From: Candidatus Limnocylindrus sp.
Lineage (GTDB): Bacteria; Chloroflexota; Limnocylindria; Limnocylindrales; Limnocylindraceae
DNA: 42,851 bases
NCBI GenBank assembly: GCA_044343985.1
Contig: JBIJDR010000003.1
Coordinates: 1-42,851, forward strand
Direction of reading: 5' to 3'
Within the stretch, counting starts at the first letter, position 1. The number at the start of each line of letters is the position of its first letter. The notes beneath the pieces were generated by a model. It searched no databases and was not told the origin of the DNA. It was given only the letters and a program-made list of their open reading frames with translations. Shown here piece by piece: positions 24,569 to 32,824 of the stretch. The translations under genes and the position numbers were made by a program.

Positions 24569-25090
24569 GTGAACCCAGAACAGCTCGCCTCCAAGGTCCG
24601 AACGATCCCTGACTTCCCGAAGCCAGGGATCGTCTTCCGTGACATCACCACCCTGCTGCAGGATGGTGAGGCGTTTACCGCCGCGATCGAGGCGATGATG
24701 GCGCCGATTCGCGCCCAGAAGCCTGACGTGATTGTCGGCATCGAATCCCGTGGCTTCATCTTTGGTGCGCCGATCGCCCATGCGCTCAACATTGGCTTTG
24801 TTCCAGTGCGCAAGCTCGGCAAGCTCCCTGGTGAAACGATCACCGTGGAGTACGAACTTGAATACGGGAAGAACGTCCTTGAGCTTCATCGCGACGCACT
24901 AACCCCTGGCCAGCGCGTGGTGATCGTTGACGACGTGCTCGCCACTGGCGGCACCGTTGCTGGCACCATCCGACTTGTTGAGCAGCTCGGCGCGCAGGTG
25001 GTTGGGATCAGCTTCCTCGCCGAACTCCCTGCGCTCGGCGGTCGCGCCCGTCTCCCTGACGGGATCGTCTCCGCGATCATCCCCTTCTAA
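24569..25090 (+). CDS. apt: Adenine phosphoribosyltransferase
   Basis: [45 protein letters not shown]; GTG24569 start. Confidence 0.97.
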   Translation: MNPEQLASKVRTIPDFPKPGIVFRDITTLLQDGEAFTAAIEAMMAPIRAQKPDVIVGIESRGFIFGAPIAHALNIGFVPVRKLGKLPGETITVEYELEYGKNVLELHRDALTPGQRVVIVDDVLATGGTVAGTIRLVEQLGAQVVGISFLAELPALGGRARLPDGIVSAIIPF

Positions 25091-25096
25091 CTGACG

Positions 25097-26347
25097 ATGG
25101 GCGACACGCCCGAGAAGGAGCAGGCCACTTCAGGACAGCCCGCAGATCGGCGCGACTTCTTGCGCCAGATCGCCAAAGATGGCGTCAAGTCTGCAAGCTC
25201 GCTGCTTGGCGTTGTTGGCGCCATTCGTCGCGAGGCGGGGGAGCTCGCCGATGATCTGCGGATTGAGGATCCACTCGCCGATCTCGTAGACGACGCGCCA
25301 CAGCCGCAGCGACGCGCGGCGGAGGCGGCGCTCGACCTCCCACTCGACGCAGGACTTGTGCCGCTCAACGAGGAGACTCCCGCCGCAGCATTCGCCTCAC
25401 CAGTGCGTGATGACGCGCAAGGCCTGATCCTGCTCGACGTTCGCGCCCTCCCCGCGCAGATCCTCGAGCGTCGTGCCGATACCCCTGGCGCACTCGCCGC
25501 CGCACTTGCCGCCTGCGTGATGGCGCCGGGTCCAATCCGCGCACTCGCCGCAGGCCTCTCGCTCGCCGCTGAAGATGTGAGCGACGCGCCAGCCCGTCCA
25601 GCGCGCATCCAGGCCGCCGGCGCCGCGCTGCGCAACGCCGCACCACTCTCCGACGCACTGCGCGACGAGGTGAGCGCACTCCTCGCCGCCGCACCTGGCT
25701 CACTCGGTCAACTGGTTGCCGCGCACGCCACGGCGCAGATCGTTGCACGCGCGGCGCAAGCGGGGCGCATCGCGGCGGCACTTGCGCGCTGCAACAGTAA
25801 GGGTGCAACGGTCGCCACAGGACCAGGACTTGGCGCAACGTTCTGGGGGGACAACGCCCCAGGACATGAGGGGCTCCGACGCGCTGGTGTTGCACGGATC
25901 TTGATTGCCGAAGGTCCGAGTGTTGACCCGCGCGGTGTGACGCGACTCGGTGGACTCGACGCAGCGGATGCGGTGCGCATCAACCTCCCAGCAACACTGA
26001 TGAGCGAGGCGCAACTCACCCTCGCGATCGCGCGAGGTGAGGCGTGTGCGCTACTGCTCGCGAGCGACGCGGTTGCTACTGACGGAGGCGCAGTCGTGCT
26101 TGCTGGTGGCGTGGCACTCGCCGCCGCAGCTGCGGCGCGCAAGATCCCGATCCTCCTCGTTGCAACGCTCAGCGCAGCAGCATCAAAGGACGCAGAGGCA
26201 CTGGCTCGCAGGATCGCCGAAGCGGAGGGGACCGAACTGAACGCCGCCGCTGGCGGGAGCGTTGCGACACGTAGCGTTGCTGCGGGAGTGACGGTGCGCG
26301 CGCCGCGCTACGAGATCCTCGCCGCGGGCGTTGCAGAGCGAATCTAA
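25097..26347 (+). CDS. Degenerate MtnA / eIF2B-fold protein (probable pseudoenzyme)
   Basis: Blocks collinear with MtnA (LILLDVRALP, IAEGP...RGVTRL, ASDAVATDG, KIPILLVA, APRYE) but most catalytic and phosphate-binding motifs are substituted. Confidence 0.65.
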   Translation: MGDTPEKEQATSGQPADRRDFLRQIAKDGVKSASSLLGVVGAIRREAGELADDLRIEDPLADLVDDAPQPQRRAAEAALDLPLDAGLVPLNEETPAAAFASPVRDDAQGLILLDVRALPAQILERRADTPGALAAALAACVMAPGPIRALAAGLSLAAEDVSDAPARPARIQAAGAALRNAAPLSDALRDEVSALLAAAPGSLGQLVAAHATAQIVARAAQAGRIAAALARCNSKGATVATGPGLGATFWGDNAPGHEGLRRAGVARILIAEGPSVDPRGVTRLGGLDAADAVRINLPATLMSEAQLTLAIARGEACALLLASDAVATDGGAVVLAGGVALAAAAAARKIPILLVATLSAAASKDAEALARRIAEAEGTELNAAAGGSVATRSVAAGVTVRAPRYEILAAGVAERI

Positions 26348-26354
26348 GGACGCC

Positions 26355-27194
26355 ATGGCCGAGCTGCCGATCGAAGTTGCGGCGACGCGAGATCGCGAGC
26401 TGGTCCGCTCGCTCATTAGTGGTGATCGCTGGATCACCGCGCACGCACTCTGTGACCTTGATGACGGTGAGTTCCCGCGGACACGCTGCTACGTGGCGCG
26501 TCGTGGGAGTGAGCATATTGCCCTCGGCATGGAGTACTCGGGCTGGGCGCCACAGCCACTCCACCTCTACGGCGAACCAGCTGGTGTTGCGGCGATCCTG
26601 ACGCACGGGATCAAGCCACGCGCCGCCTGGGTCCCCACGCCGATCGGCGGCGACCCGGTCCTCGACCTTCAGTACGAGACGGAGAAGATCAACCCGATGC
26701 TGCGCATGGGCGTTGATCGCGAAGCGTTCACTCCGTATGTTGGTGAGTCGGCGGCACTCGTTGCGCCGCTCGTCCCCGCCGATGCGCCATCACTGAATCG
26801 TCTCTATCAGCTCGGCTTTGCCGCATGGCTCCCACCACTCGCCGTAGCGGAGGGGCTCTATCGCGGCATTCATCGCAACGGCCGACTCGTAGCGGCGGCG
26901 GGGACGCATGTGATCGGTCGTCGTGAGCGCATTGCAGTGGTGGGGAACGTCCTCACCGCATCCGGCTTCCGCGGTGCTGGCTACGCGCGCGCCACCACCT
27001 CAGCGGTGACGGCGGGACTGCTCGAGTTCTGCGACGAAGTGGTGCTGAACGTCCGCAGTGATAACAGCGCAGCGATCCACGCCTACGCGTCGCTCGGCTA
27101 CAGCGTGAAGGCGGAGTTCGAAGAGCGACTCGTGATCCGTCGCAGCAGCATCTCCATGCCGCGCTTCCTGCGCCGCATCTTCGGCAGCGCCTAG
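26355..27194 (+). CDS. GNAT family N-acetyltransferase (two-domain, FR47-like C-terminus)
   Basis: VGNVLTASGFRGAGYA acetyl-CoA motif A; LNVRSDNSAAIHAYASLGY motif B; ATG26355 after AAGGA. Confidence 0.9.
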   Translation: MAELPIEVAATRDRELVRSLISGDRWITAHALCDLDDGEFPRTRCYVARRGSEHIALGMEYSGWAPQPLHLYGEPAGVAAILTHGIKPRAAWVPTPIGGDPVLDLQYETEKINPMLRMGVDREAFTPYVGESAALVAPLVPADAPSLNRLYQLGFAAWLPPLAVAEGLYRGIHRNGRLVAAAGTHVIGRRERIAVVGNVLTASGFRGAGYARATTSAVTAGLLEFCDEVVLNVRSDNSAAIHAYASLGYSVKAEFEERLVIRRSSISMPRFLRRIFGSA

Positions 27195-27256
27195 CTCCAC
27201 GACCGCCTAGCCGCGGCTCGGTCCGCCCTCTACGATGCCCACATGAGGAGCAACGA

Positions 27257-28222
27257 ATGAGCACGCGACCGTACGCGGTGATCCTGGCGGGCGGGGGAGG
27301 GACGCGCCTCTGGCCGCTCAGCAGCCCTGAGCGCCCGAAGCCCTTCATCCCACTCGTTGGTGGGAAGACGCTTCTCGCCGCCACCGTTGATCGACTCCTG
27401 CCGTTCATCCCACTCGAAGATATCTACGTGGTGGTTGCCGCATCGCAGCTGGCGCTGGTGCGCGAATCACTCCCAGCGCTGGAGCAGAGCCACATCATCA
27501 CCGAACCGATCGGCCGCAATACTGGTCCCGCCGTTGCACTCGCCGCAGAACGCATCGATCGTTCCGACGATGCGGTGATGCTCGTCCTCCCCGCCGATCA
27601 CGCGGTGCTTCAGCCAGACGCCTGGCGCAGCGCGCTTGCCGCGGCGATCGCACGTGCCCAGAGCGAGCCGACTGCACTGGTCACACTCGGCGTCACGCCA
27701 ACGCATCCGTCAACAGGATTCGGCTACATCGTGGCGGAGGGGGAGCGCGTGACGCGATTCACCGAGAAGCCCGACGCCGCAACGGCACAGCAGCTGATCA
27801 GCGGCGGCGCGCGCTGGAACGCTGGAACATTTATCTGGCGCCGTGCAGCGCTTCGTAGCGCGCTACAGACGTTTGCCGCCACAACGCTCGCGGGGCTCGC
27901 AGATTACGCAACGATCACGTCAGTTCCAATTGACACGCTGCTGATGGAGCCTGCCGCCGCGGCGGGCTTAGTGCGGACGCTCGCCCTGGAGTGTGGCTGG
28001 AGCGACATCGGCAACTGGAAGGCGCTGCGCGCACACCTCACGGCGAGTGGCGAGGCGGATGCGAACGGTGCGATCAGCATCACCACGCCGAGCGGGAAAG
28101 TGGTCATGATTGACGCCACGGGTGCGGCGCAGATCCGAACCGGTGCGTCGGTGATCCGTATGAACCTTGAACAAATGAGCGATACAGAGATTCGCGCCGC
28201 TGCTGCGGCCGAGAGGAGCTAA
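27257..28222 (+). CDS. manC: Mannose-1-phosphate guanylyltransferase-like sugar-phosphate nucleotidyltransferase
   Basis: VILAGGGGTRLWPLS..PKPF, EPIGRNTGPA, PADH, TGFGYI, FTEKPD, WNAG, GWSDIGNW. Confidence 0.9.
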   Translation: MSTRPYAVILAGGGGTRLWPLSSPERPKPFIPLVGGKTLLAATVDRLLPFIPLEDIYVVVAASQLALVRESLPALEQSHIITEPIGRNTGPAVALAAERIDRSDDAVMLVLPADHAVLQPDAWRSALAAAIARAQSEPTALVTLGVTPTHPSTGFGYIVAEGERVTRFTEKPDAATAQQLISGGARWNAGTFIWRRAALRSALQTFAATTLAGLADYATITSVPIDTLLMEPAAAAGLVRTLALECGWSDIGNWKALRAHLTASGEADANGAISITTPSGKVVMIDATGAAQIRTGASVIRMNLEQMSDTEIRAAAAAERS

Positions 28223-28224
28223 TC

Positions 28225-29688
28225 ATGGGTACTGGCGAGCCAACGAAGATCCTCTTCGGCACCGACGGATGGCGCGCCAAGATCGGCGACGAGTTCACCT
28301 TTGAAAACGTTCGCCGCCTTGCAGAGGGTGTTGCACGCGTGGTCGAGCAGGATGGTGCAACGGCGAAGGGTGTGGTCATCGCCTATGACCGCCGCTTCGG
28401 CTCAGAGGACTTTGCGGTGACTGCCGCTGAGATGCTGCTCGCCCACAACATCCCTGTCGCCTATTCCACCACCGCCGTGCCAACGCAGATGGCGTCATAT
28501 GAAGTGGTGGAGCGCGGCGCTGCGATGGGCGTGGTCATCACCGCAAGCCACAACCCATGGCTAGATAACGGCTTCAAGGTGAAGGCGCCCTCAGGTGCCG
28601 CCGCGGGACCAGAACTACTGAAGCGCATTGAGACGGAGATCGCCAAGACGAGCGGACCAGAGCTGAGCGGCCGTCCGTTTGCGGACGCTGAGGCGGCGGG
28701 CTTGGTGGAACGCTACGACCCGTATCCTGGCTACAAGAAGTTTGCGGAGCGCAACCTTGACCTTGCGCAACTCGCCGCACAACCGCTCAGTATCATGGTC
28801 GACCCAGTCTACGGTGCGGGCGCTGGCTGGATCGGCAGGCTGCTCGCTGGTGGCAAGTTGCGCGTCACCGAGATGCGGAGCGAGCGCAACCCGTGGTTTG
28901 GTGGCGTGAATCCCGAACCAATTCGTCCGCACATTGATCCGGTCTTGGATGCAATGCGTGGCGGCGGTTACGACCTCGGCCTCCTCCTTGATGGTGACGC
29001 GGATCGCGCAGGCGCCGTTACTGAGAAGGGAGAGTTCATCCATCAGCTGCAGGCGTTCGGACTCCTCGTCTATTACATGCTCGAACATAAGAAAGATCTG
29101 CGACCGATCGTGAAGACGGTGAACGAGAGCTCGATGGGGGAGCGACTCGGCGCGCACTACGGCGTGGAGGTCTTTGAGACGCCAGTCGGCTTCAAGTACG
29201 TGGGGCCGAAGATGATTGAGACGGGCGCCTCCATGGGCGGCGAAGAGTCGGGGGGCTACGGCTTCGCGATGCACCTCCCCGAGCGTGACGGCATCTTCGC
29301 CGACCTGCTCCTCCTCGACCTTCTCGTCCGTGAGCGTGCCCTCGGCCGAAAGAGCATGAGCGAGGTGCTCGCGCATGTGCAGTCGATCGGTGGCGAGTCG
29401 CACTACCTGCGCATTGACGTGCACATCCCACGCGCCGAATACCCTGCGGTGAAGGAGCGGCTCGCAACACAACTTGTGGCCGCGCCACCGAGCACGCTCG
29501 GTTCACACAGTGTGCGCGCCGTCCCACTCACCACCAAAGACGGCGTGAAGTTCTTCACCGCAGACGAGAGCTGGCTGCTGGTGCGCTTCAGCGGCACCGA
29601 GCCACTCGTGCGCGTCTACGCCGAAGCAACCAGCGCCGCACTGCGTGACGAACTGCTCGCGATCGGCGAGAAGCTCGCGCGCGGTTAA
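28225..29688 (+). CDS. Phosphoglucomutase/phosphomannomutase family protein
   Basis: FGTDGWR, ITASHNP (phosphoserine), DGDADR, GGEESG, RFSGTEPLVRVYAE. Confidence 0.94.
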   Translation: MGTGEPTKILFGTDGWRAKIGDEFTFENVRRLAEGVARVVEQDGATAKGVVIAYDRRFGSEDFAVTAAEMLLAHNIPVAYSTTAVPTQMASYEVVERGAAMGVVITASHNPWLDNGFKVKAPSGAAAGPELLKRIETEIAKTSGPELSGRPFADAEAAGLVERYDPYPGYKKFAERNLDLAQLAAQPLSIMVDPVYGAGAGWIGRLLAGGKLRVTEMRSERNPWFGGVNPEPIRPHIDPVLDAMRGGGYDLGLLLDGDADRAGAVTEKGEFIHQLQAFGLLVYYMLEHKKDLRPIVKTVNESSMGERLGAHYGVEVFETPVGFKYVGPKMIETGASMGGEESGGYGFAMHLPERDGIFADLLLLDLLVRERALGRKSMSEVLAHVQSIGGESHYLRIDVHIPRAEYPAVKERLATQLVAAPPSTLGSHSVRAVPLTTKDGVKFFTADESWLLVRFSGTEPLVRVYAEATSAALRDELLAIGEKLARG

Positions 29689-29816
29689 CGCGCCCAGTCC
29701 CAGCCGAGGAGCGCAAGGCTCCCCGCAGCAAGGTGTAGCTCAAACGGCGTGCCGTCTGCGAGTGGCACGGCGAGCGGCGCCGCAAGCGATGCGGCGAGTA
29801 GGAGCGGTACGAGCAT
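29685..29816 (-). CDS. Putative 43-aa hydrophobic small protein
   Basis: ATG29816 preceded by AGAGGAGG; MLVPLLLAASLAAPLAVPLADGTPFELHLAAGSLALLGWDWAR; stop overlaps the mutase stop (TTAA). Confidence 0.45.
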   Translation of the reverse strand: MLVPLLLAASLAAPLAVPLADGTPFELHLAAGSLALLGWDWAR

Positions 29817-29904
29817 GCTGCCTCCTCTGGCGGGAGGCGGAGTGAGAGCCTCGCAGGCGGCGCGTAGCGATCCCGTATCGAGGGGAGCGCACATGACGCG
29901 CGGC

Positions 29905-29913
29905 TGCTAGGAT
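29905..29913 (+). promoter_or_regulatory. Extended -10 promoter TGcTAGGAT for the riboswitch/btu operon
   Basis: Lies about 12 nt upstream of riboswitch P1. Confidence 0.6.
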
Positions 29914-29925
29914 CCCGCAATCAAC

Positions 29926-30031
29926 GCCGCGTGGACGCGAAGCTGGTGAGATTCCAGCACTGTCCCGCAACGGTTATTGGGAGTGGCTCCTCTGGAGCAG
30001 CTCACATAAGTCCGGTCGCCGGACACGCGGC
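29926..30031 (+). ncRNA. Cobalamin riboswitch (short form)
   Basis: GAAGCTGGTGAGATTCCAGCACTGTCCCGCAACGGT core; B12-box-like AAGTCCGGTCGCC; closing stem GCCGCGTG/CACGCGGC; upstream of a BtuF-like gene. Confidence 0.9.
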
Positions 30032-30069
30032 ATAGGAAGGCTATTCGCCCTCGAGGCAAGGGAGGAAGC

Positions 30070-31041
30070 ATGACTGCTTTCGCACGCACGCATCTTTTCG
30101 CTACTGGAGTTCTTCTGGCATCTCTAGTTATCGGCTGCGGCGGCTCCGCAGCGAGTCCCTTGGCAAGTGGTACGGAGAGCCCAGGGAACAACCCCCCAAC
30201 GAGTGAGGCGGCCTTTCCGCGCACGCTGATTGATGACGCGGGCGACTCCGTGACGATCAGTGCTGAACCGCAGAAGATCGTTGCGCTCACGCCAGCGAGC
30301 CTTGAGACGCTCGCAGCGCTCGGCCTCGCCGATCGCGTAGTGGCCGCGGCGGAGTGCAGCTGCACACCTGATGCACTAAAGAACATTCCAACGGTTGCCA
30401 ACTATTCAGGGGTTGATGTTGAGGCGATCGTGGCGCTGGAGCCAGATCTCGTCTTCGTTGCCGCTCCGCCATTTACGCCAGAGGATGCGATCAGCGCACT
30501 GCGCGCGGCGAACCTAACCATCGTGACGCTGAACCCCACCTCAATCATTGGCGTGATGCAGACAATTCAGCTGATCGGTGACGCGGTCGGCGCAACGCTC
30601 CCCGCTGCGGATCTTGTGGCGAGCATTGAGGGTGAGATCACGGCGCTCGTGAGCCTCGTTGATGTATCTGTGAGTCCAAGTGTCTTCTATGAGATTGACG
30701 CCACGTCGGCGATCTATGGCCTTGCTCCGGACGATTACGCGGCGGAGTTGATCACGCTCGCTGGCGGCACGCCGATCACGAGCGTAAGCCCTGGCGTCTA
30801 TGAGATCTCGCTTGAGGCGCTGATCGCCGCCGCACCCGAGGTGATCCTGCTCGGAGATGCGGCGTATGGCGTCACGCCAGAGGCGGTGGCGGCACGCCCC
30901 GGCTGGTCGAGCATCCCCGCGGTGAAGAGTGGAGCGATTCGTGGCGTTGATGGCGATCTGATCACCACCCCAGGACCACGACTTGCGAGCGCACTCGCGG
31001 CGCTGATTCAGGCGATCAACCCAGCGATCACGCTGCCGTGA
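30070..31041 (+). CDS. btuF: Cobalamin ABC transporter substrate-binding lipoprotein (BtuF-like)
   Basis: Signal peptide with lipobox-like VIGC; FPRTLIDDAG, PQKIVALTP, VEAIVALEPDLV, GWSSIPAVK, PGPRL; downstream of a B12 riboswitch. Confidence 0.85.
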   Translation: MTAFARTHLFATGVLLASLVIGCGGSAASPLASGTESPGNNPPTSEAAFPRTLIDDAGDSVTISAEPQKIVALTPASLETLAALGLADRVVAAAECSCTPDALKNIPTVANYSGVDVEAIVALEPDLVFVAAPPFTPEDAISALRAANLTIVTLNPTSIIGVMQTIQLIGDAVGATLPAADLVASIEGEITALVSLVDVSVSPSVFYEIDATSAIYGLAPDDYAAELITLAGGTPITSVSPGVYEISLEALIAAAPEVILLGDAAYGVTPEAVAARPGWSSIPAVKSGAIRGVDGDLITTPGPRLASALAALIQAINPAITLP

Positions 31042-32051
31042 CCTCCCCGCGACTACTCGTTGGCGGCGCACTGCTGCTGGCTGGAGTTGCGGTGCTTGCG
31101 ATCGGGTTCGGCTCGGTTGCGATCGCGCCGGGCGATGTGATCAGCATCCTTGCGCGCCAACTCTTCGGCGTTGGTGAGGCGGCACAAGGTGCCGGGGCAA
31201 CCTCCATCGTCATGGAGCTGCGACTCCCGCGCATCCTCGCGGCGATCTTGGTTGGGGCGGCGCTCGCCGTCGCCGGTGGCGCATTCCAATCGCTGCTGCG
31301 CAATCCGCTTGCAGATCCGTATGTGCTTGGAACAAGCAGCGGTGCCGCTCTCGGTGCGGCGATCGCGATCCTGCTACCGATCGGTGGTGTGGCGTGGGAG
31401 TTGGGCGGCGTGCAGCTCGCCGCATTTCTCGGCGCACTCGCATCTGTTGGGCTTGTCTGGCGTGTTGCGGGGATCGGCTCTGGTGAAGAGCGGATCGCCA
31501 GCGTGCTCTTGGTCGGTTACGCCGTTGCATCACTCCTTGCTGCGGCGCTCTCACTGGTGATGCTCGCCAGTGGTGCGAATCTGCGCGCGATCTTCTCCTT
31601 CCTGCTCGGTGGCTTGGATGGCGCAACCTGGCCACGCCTCGCCGCCGCGGCACTCCCACTGATTGCCGCCACAACACTCCTTGCACTGCGCGGTCGCGCG
31701 CTCGCCGGATTCTTGCTTGGTGACGAAGCGGCGCAGCACCTTGGCGTAGATGTGCGACGCGAGCGCAGGATCGCCGTGGCACTCGCCTCGCTCGCAACCG
31801 CCGCCGCCGTGGCGCTCGCTGGGCTGATCGGCTTTGTTGGACTCGTGGTGCCGCACCTGGTGCGACTCGCCGTTGGTCCCGACCCGCGCGCCGTCCTCCC
31901 ACTCTCCGCTATCGGCGGCGCGCTCCTGCTGCTGCTTGCCGACACGATCGCGCGCAGCATCGGCGTCCCCGTTGGCGTCATCACTGCACTCATTGGCGCA
32001 CCATTCCTTCTTTGGCTACTGCACCGAGCTCGCACCGGGTACGCGCTATGA
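31038..32051 (+). CDS. btuC: FecCD/BtuC family ABC permease
   Basis: LRLPR, LLRNPLADPYVLGTSSGA, LGDEAAQHLGV, IGFVGLVVPH, IGAPF. Confidence 0.88.
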   Translation: MTSPRLLVGGALLLAGVAVLAIGFGSVAIAPGDVISILARQLFGVGEAAQGAGATSIVMELRLPRILAAILVGAALAVAGGAFQSLLRNPLADPYVLGTSSGAALGAAIAILLPIGGVAWELGGVQLAAFLGALASVGLVWRVAGIGSGEERIASVLLVGYAVASLLAAALSLVMLASGANLRAIFSFLLGGLDGATWPRLAAAALPLIAATTLLALRGRALAGFLLGDEAAQHLGVDVRRERRIAVALASLATAAAVALAGLIGFVGLVVPHLVRLAVGPDPRAVLPLSAIGGALLLLLADTIARSIGVPVGVITALIGAPFLLWLLHRARTGYAL

Positions 32052-32824
32052 GTACCGAGTTCGCAATGCAGATCGACCCGAGTTATGAGCTGATCGGCGC
32101 GCGAAACGTACGCGTGGAGATTGGCGGGAAGCTGATTCTTGATGAGATCAATCTGAAGATCGGCGTAGGGGAGCGCGTGGCCATTGTTGGCGCCAACGGC
32201 GCAGGGAAGACGTCGCTGCTGCGCGCGCTGAGCGGCACGCTCCCCGTTGCATCTGGTGAAGTGATTCTCTGCACCGAACCGCTCGGTGGCTTGAGCCGCG
32301 CCACCATCGCGCGCTCCATTGCGGTGGTTGGTGCGGACCTGATGCTGCCGTTTGCCACGCGTGCTGATGAGCTGGTTGCGCTTGGTCGACTTCCGCACGG
32401 TCGCGGGCCGAGTGGGCCAACGGCGCATGACCGAGAGCGCGCCGCCGCGGCGCTGGAGCGCGTTGGCGCGTCACACCTTGCTGCACGCGACGTGCGCACC
32501 CTCAGTGCTGGTGAGAAGCAGCTGATTGCGATCGCGCTCGGCCTGGCGCAAGAGACGCCAATCTTGGCGTTGGATGAACCAACGGTGCATCTCGACCTCA
32601 AGCATCGTGTGGAGATTGCCGATCTCTTGGTCTCACTCGCCGATCGCGCGCGCACTGTGGTCGCCATCTTTCATGAGATCGACATGGTGCGACAGCTCTT
32701 CCCGCGCGTGATCCTGATGAAGTCGGGACGAATTGTTGCTGACGGTTCGCCAGAGAGTGTCCTTACTGCGGCGCGCATTGCCGACGCGTGGGGGATTCCG
32801 CAGGAGCGAGCAGCGCGCCTCTAG
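32048..32824 (+). CDS. btuD: Cobalamin/iron-chelate ABC transporter ATP-binding protein
   Basis: GANGAGKT, LSAGEKQ, LALDEPTVHLD; ATGA overlap at 32048. Confidence 0.85.
   Translation: MSTEFAMQIDPSYELIGARNVRVEIGGKLILDEINLKIGVGERVAIVGANGAGKTSLLRALSGTLPVASGEVILCTEPLGGLSRATIARSIAVVGADLMLPFATRADELVALGRLPHGRGPSGPTAHDRERAAAALERVGASHLAARDVRTLSAGEKQLIAIALGLAQETPILALDEPTVHLDLKHRVEIADLLVSLADRARTVVAIFHEIDMVRQLFPRVILMKSGRIVADGSPESVLTAARIADAWGIPQERAARL

Noticed and set aside
25097-25220. Tat export of the MtnA-like protein
   Set aside because: DRRDFLR is present but is followed by charged residues with no proper hydrophobic region or cleavage site
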